Source: Pontiella sp.
GTDB taxonomy: Bacteria > Verrucomicrobiota > Kiritimatiellia > Kiritimatiellales > Pontiellaceae
Length of the DNA: 64,000 nucleotides
Direction of reading: 5' to 3'
Assembly (NCBI GenBank): GCA_050290185.1
Contig: JBNKHE010000005.1
Coordinates: 192,001 to 256,000 of the forward strand
The notes under the pieces: model-generated
What the model was told of the DNA's origin: nothing
What the model saw: only the letters and a program-made list of their open reading frames with translations
Database searches by the model: none
Position numbers and translations under genes: made by a program
Shown here: positions 57,359 through 64,000 of the stretch, in pieces
Position numbering within the stretch: the stretch's first letter is position 1
Layout of the letters: each line of letters opens with the position of its first letter

Positions 57359-58501
57359 ATGGCGGAGTCATTCACCAAGACTATCGGTATTCAGGATCTG
57401 CTTGACGCAGGTCTGCATTTCGGTCACCAGACCAAACGTTGGAACCCCAAAATGAAGCGCTACATTCATGGCGCGAAAAACGGGATCTACATCATCGACC
57501 TGAACAAAACCCTTTCGCAGCTTGAGCTGGCAAAAACCTTCCTCAACGACGTAGTAATGCGCGGCGAAAAGATTCTTTTCGTAGGCACCAAGAAACAGGC
57601 TCGCGAAATCTTCCAGAACACGGCCTCAGACACCAACCAGCCCTATGTCATCCATCGCTGGCTCGGCGGCATGCTGACCAACAACCAGACCATCCGTTCT
57701 TCCGTGGCCCGCATGCGCGAGCTCCAGAAAATGGAAAAAGACGGCACCATGGAAAAGATGCCCAAGAAGGAGGTTTCCGTGCTTCGCCGCGAGCTGGCCA
57801 AGCTGGACCGGAACCTGGGCGGTATTGCCAACCTGGAAAAGAAGCCTGGCGCCCTGTTTGTCGTCGACCTTAAGCGTGAGCATCTGGCCCTGGCCGAAGC
57901 GAAGCGTCTCAACATTCCTGTGGTTGCCCTCGTGGACACCAATGCAGATCCGGATCTCGTGGACTATCCGATCCCCGGCAACGACGACTCGCTCCGCTCG
58001 ATCGGACTGATCTGCGAAGTGCTTGGTGAAGTCGTCAAGGCGGCTGACATCGAATACAGCGCCAAGGCCAAGGCCGAACGCGAAGCCCGCGAGGCCGCAG
58101 ATGCCATAGAGCGCGAAAAGGCCAAGGCTGCCCGCGAAGAGCGCAAGAAGAAGGAAGCCGAAGAGAAGAAGAAGCGCGAAGAAGTGCTGAAGAAGATCAA
58201 GGAACAGAAGAAGAAAGCCGACGACAAGAAGAAGGCAGAAGCCAAGGCGGCCAAGGAAGAGGAAGCCAAGGCCGAAAAGGCTGTCCCCGCAGCTGAAGAA
58301 GCGCCGGTTGTAGAAGAAGCTCCGGTAGCCGCAGAAGCCGCACCTGTCGCAGAAGCCGCACCTGTCGCAGAAGAAGCCCCTGTGACTGAAGAAACCCCGG
58401 AAGCTGCAGCGGAAGAAACCGAAGCGGCCGCCGAAGAGGTTAAGAACGTCGCTGAAGAAGCCCCGGCGAAAGAAGATTCTGAAACCAAAAAAGAAGCCTA
58501 A
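57359..58501 (+). CDS. rpsB: 30S ribosomal protein S2 with long Lys/Glu/Ala/Pro-rich C-terminal tail
   Basis: [43 protein letters not shown]. Confidence 0.97.
   Translation: MAESFTKTIGIQDLLDAGLHFGHQTKRWNPKMKRYIHGAKNGIYIIDLNKTLSQLELAKTFLNDVVMRGEKILFVGTKKQAREIFQNTASDTNQPYVIHRWLGGMLTNNQTIRSSVARMRELQKMEKDGTMEKMPKKEVSVLRRELAKLDRNLGGIANLEKKPGALFVVDLKREHLALAEAKRLNIPVVALVDTNADPDLVDYPIPGNDDSLRSIGLICEVLGEVVKAADIEYSAKAKAEREAREAADAIEREKAKAAREERKKKEAEEKKKREEVLKKIKEQKKKADDKKKAEAKAAKEEEAKAEKAVPAAEEAPVVEEAPVAAEAAPVAEAAPVAEEAPVTEETPEAAAEETEAAAEEVKNVAEEAPAKEDSETKKEA
58331..58366. repeat. 18-bp tandem repeat in the rpsB tail
   Basis: GCAGAAGCCGCACCTGTC twice, within further degenerate (A/V)EEAPV units. Confidence 0.8.
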
Positions 58502-58523
58502 TATTTAGAGAGGACACATTACG

Positions 58524-59363
58524 ATGGCTATTACCACCAGCATGATCAAGGAACTCCGCGATGCCACCAGCATGGGCATCAACGACTGCAAGAAAGCACT
58601 CGAGCAAGCCAATGGCGACTTTGACGCAGCAGTAAAGATTCTTCGCGAAAAGGGTGCTGCCGTTGCCAGCAAGCGCGCCAGCAAGGAAGCCAATGAAGGC
58701 ATTATTGCGTCCAATGTATCTGACGACGCACAGACCGGTGCACTGATCGAAGTCAACTGCGAAACCGACTTTGTGACCCGCAACGAAGCCTTCCAGGCGT
58801 TTGCAGAAGAGCTCCGCCAGGAAGCCCTGAACTACGAAACCGACCAGATGGCCGCAGGCATCAACGATAAGGTGGAAGCCCAGATGGCATCCATCGGCGA
58901 AAAGATCCAGTTCCGCCGCAATGTTAAATGGACCGTCGAAGGAACCGGCGCAATCACGTCCTACATCCACATGGGTGGCAAGGTTGGCGTACTGGTTGAA
59001 CTCGGATGCGAAAGGGCCGAAACGATCAATAGCCCGATATTCCAGGAACTCTCCAAGGACCTGACCCTGCACGTTGCTGCGGCGGCTCCTGAATACCTCA
59101 ACCGCGACGAAGTTCCCGCCGAACTCGTTGAAGAGGAAATGGACATTGCCCGCAAGCAGCTTGAAGGCAAGCCGGAAAACATCATGGAGAACATCCTGAA
59201 GGGCAAGATCAACAAGTTCTACTCCCAGATCTGCTTTATTGAGCAGGGCTTCGTGAAGGAAGAAAAGGTTTCCATCACCGACCTGGTCGCTGAAAAGAGC
59301 AAGGAACTGGGCGATACGCTGACGGTGAAGCGTTATATCCGCTATCAGCTCGGCGGTGCATAA
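58524..59363 (+). CDS. tsf: translation elongation factor Ts
   Basis: IKELRDAT...DCKKAL, EVNCETDFV, YIHMGGKVGV. Confidence 0.97.
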   Translation: MAITTSMIKELRDATSMGINDCKKALEQANGDFDAAVKILREKGAAVASKRASKEANEGIIASNVSDDAQTGALIEVNCETDFVTRNEAFQAFAEELRQEALNYETDQMAAGINDKVEAQMASIGEKIQFRRNVKWTVEGTGAITSYIHMGGKVGVLVELGCERAETINSPIFQELSKDLTLHVAAAAPEYLNRDEVPAELVEEEMDIARKQLEGKPENIMENILKGKINKFYSQICFIEQGFVKEEKVSITDLVAEKSKELGDTLTVKRYIRYQLGGA

Positions 59364-59383
59364 GCCGGCCATGCCTAGCAAAG

Positions 59384-59414
59384 AAAAAGCCCGTCAATTT
59401 TGACGGGCTTTTTT
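59384..59414. terminator. bidirectional intrinsic terminator
   Basis: AAAAAGCCCGTCAA-TT-TTGACGGGCTTTTT. Confidence 0.85.
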
Positions 59415-59467
59415 ATTAGGCACGGCGTGCTCGCTGTGGATGAAATCGCCTCTCGTCTCAATCATCA

Positions 59468-60901
59468 CTATTCACGCGTCACATTTTTCTTAACAGTGCG
59501 CCAGTCAAGACCGGTTCGCCGTGCCACTTCGCCATAATTGCCGTACAGATCGTAAAGATCGCGGCAATATTTTTCAACCAGCTCCTTGGCGGTCAGACAG
59601 CCGACCCCGATGGCCTCGCTCAAGGCAATCTCTTCACTCGGCGCTACGCCCGTGTCACCGGTATAGGTGCCGGTCAGCACGATACGCCGAATGGCCTGTT
59701 CCAACTCTCGGACATTTCCTGGCCATGCATAGTTCTTTCCCAGCGACTGCTTCAGAATCTCGACCACCGGCAGGCGTAGCTCCGGACCACAAATGCGCTG
59801 ATGCAGATGTCCTACCAGCATCTCCAGCTCGCGCGGTGTTTCGCGGATGCGCTGACGAAGGGGCGGAACGGTGATTTGGTCCGAGCAGAGGCGGTAGTAA
59901 AAATCGTCGCGGAATTTACCTTCCCGCCGCAATGTGTCAACCGACTGGTTGGTGGCGGCAATCACGCGTCCGGCAAACCGCACCTTATCGTGGCTTCCCA
60001 CCGGCGAAAAGGTGCGCTCCTGCAGCACCTGCAGCAGCTTGATCTGCACAGGAATGCTGACATCGCCGATTTCATCTAGGAATATGGCACCGTAGGGACT
60101 GCAACGCGAAAAGATGCCGTCATGCTTTTCAATCGCTCCGGTAAATGCTCCCTTGCGGTGACCGAACAGTTCGGACTCGATCAGCGATTCGGGATACTGC
60201 GACAGGTTGATGCTCACGAACGCGCGGGTAAAGCTTTCCTCGAACTTCTGGGTATTCGGATTGAACGGAATAAAACCGGAGCGACCGATCGCGTTGGCCG
60301 CCGCCCCCTTACCAGTTCCCGTTTCCCCGAGCAGCAGCGTTGAAAAATCCTCCATCCGGTTCCACAGGCAGCGCTCATACCAGGAAATATCATGGGTAAA
60401 TATATTGTCCCATAGCTGCGCCCGCATCCGTTTCATGCACGGGCTGTCGCCCACCAGTTCCTTGGAGATAAAAAAGTAAGCGCGCCGGATCTGGTAAAAC
60501 ATGGCCACATAGCGACACGCCTCACTGCGGCTGAACCCAAACCCCACCAGGCGCTCGAGGCATTGATAGGCAAAAGGTGCCCGGCAAGAGGCATCACCGG
60601 AGGCAATCTGCTCTTCGATCAGTTGGTCAAACTGATCCATGTACTGATGAAAGACATGGAACAGGATGCTGATCCCGACCGCCCGAACCTCTTCACTGCC
60701 ATCTCGATCAATCACCACGGTATTGTTCTGTACCAATTCCCGGATATGGTGATCGAGAGTTTGCAGTAACGGGGAGAGCATCGCATGCCACTCGGCATCC
60801 TCCTCGGCACCAACAATCCGTCGATCCACCTCGACCCGCTGGTCGGAGAACGGATTGCTGAACGCCGCCTCCGCAATCATAATGAAAAAATTAGTGTCCA
60901 T
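59468..60901 (-). CDS. sigma54-dependent transcriptional activator
   Basis: GETGTGK, ESELFGHRKGAFTGA, FLDEIG, WPGNVRELE, C-terminal HTH. Confidence 0.92.
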   Translation of the reverse strand: MDTNFFIMIAEAAFSNPFSDQRVEVDRRIVGAEEDAEWHAMLSPLLQTLDHHIRELVQNNTVVIDRDGSEEVRAVGISILFHVFHQYMDQFDQLIEEQIASGDASCRAPFAYQCLERLVGFGFSRSEACRYVAMFYQIRRAYFFISKELVGDSPCMKRMRAQLWDNIFTHDISWYERCLWNRMEDFSTLLLGETGTGKGAAANAIGRSGFIPFNPNTQKFEESFTRAFVSINLSQYPESLIESELFGHRKGAFTGAIEKHDGIFSRCSPYGAIFLDEIGDVSIPVQIKLLQVLQERTFSPVGSHDKVRFAGRVIAATNQSVDTLRREGKFRDDFYYRLCSDQITVPPLRQRIRETPRELEMLVGHLHQRICGPELRLPVVEILKQSLGKNYAWPGNVRELEQAIRRIVLTGTYTGDTGVAPSEEIALSEAIGVGCLTAKELVEKYCRDLYDLYGNYGEVARRTGLDWRTVKKNVTRE

Positions 60902-61016
60902 TCACAATTTGCATACACCAAATTCATTATTTGTCCATTTAAAAAATACGCCCACCCAACTCTAAATGATCATATCATGTTTATGTTCTTAGCTTTACAT
61001 CTACGACCGTCTTAGC

Positions 61017-61032
61017 TGGCACACCCTGTGCA
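61017..61032 (+). promoter_or_regulatory. sigma54 (-24/-12) promoter
   Basis: TGGCAC-ACCCT-GTGCA with GG-N10-GC spacing, divergent from the sigma54 activator gene. Confidence 0.75.
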
Positions 61033-61073
61033 TTTAAGTAATTCGTAACAACGAAACTTTAAGGAGCGGAACC

Positions 61074-64000
61074 ATGAAACATACCTTTAAATGGCTGAAT
61101 GTGACCCAGTTCACTGGTGCCTTTAACGACAACGCCTTCAAAATGACCACCATTATCGGACTGGTCGCGCTGTTGGGAGAGGGTCACAAGGAAAGCATCA
61201 TTGCTATCTGTTCAGTACTGTTTGTTTTGCCGTTTCTCCTGTTCTCCAATGTGGCCGGAACGCTGGCCGACCGTTTCAGCAAACGCGACATCATCATCGC
61301 CAGCAAATGGATGGAGGTTGCACTGATGCTGATCTCGATTCCCTGCCTGCTAGCCGGCACCGCACTTCCCCTTTATGCCTTGCTCTTCCTGCTCTGCGCA
61401 CAGAGCGCCCTGTTCGGTCCCTCTAAGCGTGGCATCGTGCCGGAGCTGGTGGACGAGTCGGAACTGTCGCGTGCCAACGGATTCCTGACGGCCGCGACTT
61501 ATTCCGCCATTATTCTGGGAACAGCCCTGCCGGCGCTAATGATTGGTTATCTCGGACTCAGCGCGCTGTGGGTGATCGGGTTTTGCGCGTTGCTCGCCAC
61601 GGTTGGCACCCTCGCCTCCTATCGCATTGCCAAGGTTCCCGCATCTGGCTCTGCAAAGAAATCCTCGCCGTGGATCATTCCCGATGTCGCCCGTGCCGTT
61701 CGCAACCTGAACTCCGATCGCTGGGCCCGTCTGGCGGTGCTCGGACTCGTGATGTTTGGCGCTCTATCAGCCCTCTTCCAGCAGACGCTGATCATCTTTG
61801 GCCAGGAAGCACTGAACCTTCCGGTAGACAAGAGCCCTATTCTTTTTCCGCTGGCCGCTGTTGGCATCGGTATTGGTGCCCTGCTGACGGGCCGCTTTTC
61901 GCGTCACACCATCGAAGTCGGCCTGATCCCCGTCGGCGCACTTGGCATCACGCTTTCCGCTGTCGCCCTCGCCGTGGTGACTCATCCGGTTGTGATTGCC
62001 ATCTGGATCGTGATGCTCGGCATCAGCTGCGGCATCTATCTTGTTCCGCTCAATGCCTTCCTGCAGCATCGTATTCCAGCCACGCGCCGTGGCGAAGTCT
62101 TCGGCGCATCAGGCTTCCTGAGCTTTAGTGCCATGATTGCCTCCTCCGGTCTGTTTGCCCTGATCACCAAGGTGCTTCATTTCGATGCGCGCCATTGCGT
62201 GATAATCATTGCCCTGCTCGCCGCCATCCCGGCCGCCATCGCCTGCCACAAGTTGTCCAGCTCGCTGGTTCGATTCGGCCTCAGCCGCCTGGTCAATCGA
62301 CTCTACCGGATTCGTTTCAGCGGCATGGAAAACCTGCCCCGCGAAGGTGGCGCCATGATTATCTGCAACCACACCGCTTATGCAGACGCCCTGCTGCTTC
62401 AGGCCGCCACGTCGCGCCCGGTCCGATTCCTCATGTCGCGTGATGTCTTCAAGACCTGGAAATGGGCCAAACCGATATTCAGCCTAACCGACTGCATTCC
62501 GATCCATACTTCCGACGGACCACGTGCACTCGCCCGGTCGCTCCAGGAAGCCCGCAAGGCCATGGAAGACGGCGCGATCATCGCCATCTTTCCTGAAGGA
62601 AAGCTGACCCGCAACGGCAACCTGATGCAGTTCAACAAAGGATTTGAAAAGATTGCCCGCAACAGCAACTGCCCGATCATCCCGGCCTACATCGGCAACA
62701 TCTGGGGCAGCATCTTCAGTTTCTATCGCGGCAAACCCGGTCTCAAGCGCCCCCTGAAGTTCCGCTATCCGGTCTCCGTCCGGTTTGGCCAGCCGCTGCC
62801 CTGCGATACGCCGGCCGACACAGCCCGCCACGTGATTGCCGAACTGGGCGCCGAATATTCCACCGAAAAAAGCCTGCTTCCGAAACGGACCCTTTCCCAT
62901 CGCTTCATTCACCAGGCCCGCCGCAATTGGTTTCGCTCAATCGCTTCCGACACGCTCGGTAACAAGGCGACTTACGGCAAACTGCTCATCGGCAGTGTGG
63001 CCCTCGCAAACCGCATTAAGCCCAAGACGGCCAACCAGAAAAATATCGGCATCTTCATGCCCACGTCGCTGGGCGGCGTGATCTCCAACCTGGCCGTAAC
63101 CCTATCGGGCAAGACGTCCGTTAACCTGAACTGGACCGCTTCGGCCGAAGCGATGCAGTCAGCAATTCACCAGTCACGCATCAAATACGTCATGACATCG
63201 CGCCGTTTTGTGCAGAAGGCGAAGCAGCCTGACCTGCCCGTGCGCTGGCTCTACATAGAAGACGAACTGAAGAATCTCGGCCGCATCGAACGCTTCCGCG
63301 CCGTTCGCGCAGCGCTTTTTGCGTCACCAAAACATCTGGCCGGCGGCCGCGATGTGCAGCCGGGCGACACCGCAACGATTATCTTCTCTTCCGGTACCAC
63401 TGGCGATCCCAAAGGCGTCATGCTGAGCCATGCCAATATTCTGGCCAACGTTGAATCCACCCAGACAGTCCAGCCTTTCAACCACGACGATTCCATATGC
63501 GCCATCCTGCCGCTCTTCCACGCCTTCGGATATCTAGGTCTGCTATGGTGGCCGCTGTTGAAGAACATTCGCGTCGCCTACCATCCCAATCCGTTACAGA
63601 CCGACCGCGTCATCCGCCTGATCCGCGAAGAAAAGCTCACGGCATTGCTCGCCACACCGACATTCCTGCAGGGTTACATGCGTAAGGCGAAGAAGGAGGA
63701 CTTTTCCAGCCTCAAGCATATCATCACCGGCGGCGAAAGACTGCGGCCCGAGTTGGCCGACCGCTTTAATGACAAGTTCGATGTCCGTCCGATGGAAGGC
63801 TATGGCTGCACCGAGCTGGCTCCTGTAGCGTTGCTCAGCGTTCGGAACAGCTATCGCTCCGGCAGCGCCGGTCAACCCCTGCCCGGTGTCGCCGTACGCA
63901 TCGTCAACCCTCAGACCAACGAAAGCCTGCCCGACGGCGAAGAGGGTCTCATGCTGATCAAGGGACCAAACGTCATGCAAGGCTACCTGGCCCAGCCGGA
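61074..64000 (+). CDS. aas: Aas-like fusion: MFS (LplT-like) + acyltransferase + acyl-ACP synthetase (3' end runs off the window)
   Basis: Manual translation: TQFTGAFNDN, CNHTAYAD, FPEG, FSSGTTGDPKG, EGYGCTE; AAGGAG RBS. Frame continuity was not checked base by base. Confidence 0.85.
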   Translation, partial: MKHTFKWLNVTQFTGAFNDNAFKMTTIIGLVALLGEGHKESIIAICSVLFVLPFLLFSNVAGTLADRFSKRDIIIASKWMEVALMLISIPCLLAGTALPLYALLFLLCAQSALFGPSKRGIVPELVDESELSRANGFLTAATYSAIILGTALPALMIGYLGLSALWVIGFCALLATVGTLASYRIAKVPASGSAKKSSPWIIPDVARAVRNLNSDRWARLAVLGLVMFGALSALFQQTLIIFGQEALNLPVDKSPILFPLAAVGIGIGALLTGRFSRHTIEVGLIPVGALGITLSAVALAVVTHPVVIAIWIVMLGISCGIYLVPLNAFLQHRIPATRRGEVFGASGFLSFSAMIASSGLFALITKVLHFDARHCVIIIALLAAIPAAIACHKLSSSLVRFGLSRLVNRLYRIRFSGMENLPREGGAMIICNHTAYADALLLQAATSRPVRFLMSRDVFKTWKWAKPIFSLTDCIPIHTSDGPRALARSLQEARKAMEDGAIIAIFPEGKLTRNGNLMQFNKGFEKIARNSNCPIIPAYIGNIWGSIFSFYRGKPGLKRPLKFRYPVSVRFGQPLPCDTPADTARHVIAELGAEYSTEKSLLPKRTLSHRFIHQARRNWFRSIASDTLGNKATYGKLLIGSVALANRIKPKTANQKNIGIFMPTSLGGVISNLAVTLSGKTSVNLNWTASAEAMQSAIHQSRIKYVMTSRRFVQKAKQPDLPVRWLYIEDELKNLGRIERFRAVRAALFASPKHLAGGRDVQPGDTATIIFSSGTTGDPKGVMLSHANILANVESTQTVQPFNHDDSICAILPLFHAFGYLGLLWWPLLKNIRVAYHPNPLQTDRVIRLIREEKLTALLATPTFLQGYMRKAKKEDFSSLKHIITGGERLRPELADRFNDKFDVRPMEGYGCTELAPVALLSVRNSYRSGSAGQPLPGVAVRIVNPQTNESLPDGEEGLMLIKGPNVMQGYLAQP

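Noticed and set aside
58080..58498. Long low-complexity repeats in the rpsB tail as a novel element
   Set aside because: Acidic Ala/Pro-rich S2 C-terminal extensions are common, and the repeats are in-frame coding.

Overview
Bacterial chromosomal window, most likely from a PVC-superphylum organism. It encodes the PVC signature 'small basic protein'; a Kiritimatiellota/Pontiella-like host is my inference. Both flanks are mostly housekeeping genes. Left flank: rluB-type synthase, mnmA, nadA, nifU/nifS, hisC, tRNA-Val, murB, recD2, glgP, apbE, mutY, hlyC/corC. Right flank: argS, clpC-mcsB-mcsA, ilvE, glmM, gltA, rpsN, rpmB, hemW, rpsB-tsf, a sigma54 activator and an aas-like gene. The centre (about 25,684-40,975; 15.3 kb, all genes on the minus strand) is an apparently intact tailless, membrane-containing, double-jelly-roll (PM2/corticovirus-like) prophage. 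It encodes a P2-like major capsid protein, an FtsK/HerA packaging ATPase, small membrane proteins, a holin/spanin-like cassette, a Rep_trans rolling-circle initiator, SSB and two DNA methyltransferases. I see no integrase. The element is bounded by a 13-bp direct repeat (TATTATGCGACGT) lying within a complete dif-like XerC/XerD site on the left and a site with a degenerate XerD arm on the right, so it looks like a DJR virus that integrates through host XerCD. Further structure inside it: three operator-like palindromes (one overlapping attR), a 9-unit 21-bp-phased array within a cytosine MTase gene, a cassette-like early region built from repeated stop-RBS-start modules, two degenerate MazG-like paralogues, and several small ORFs missing from the ORF track. 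All family assignments come from motif recognition by eye, not database searches.
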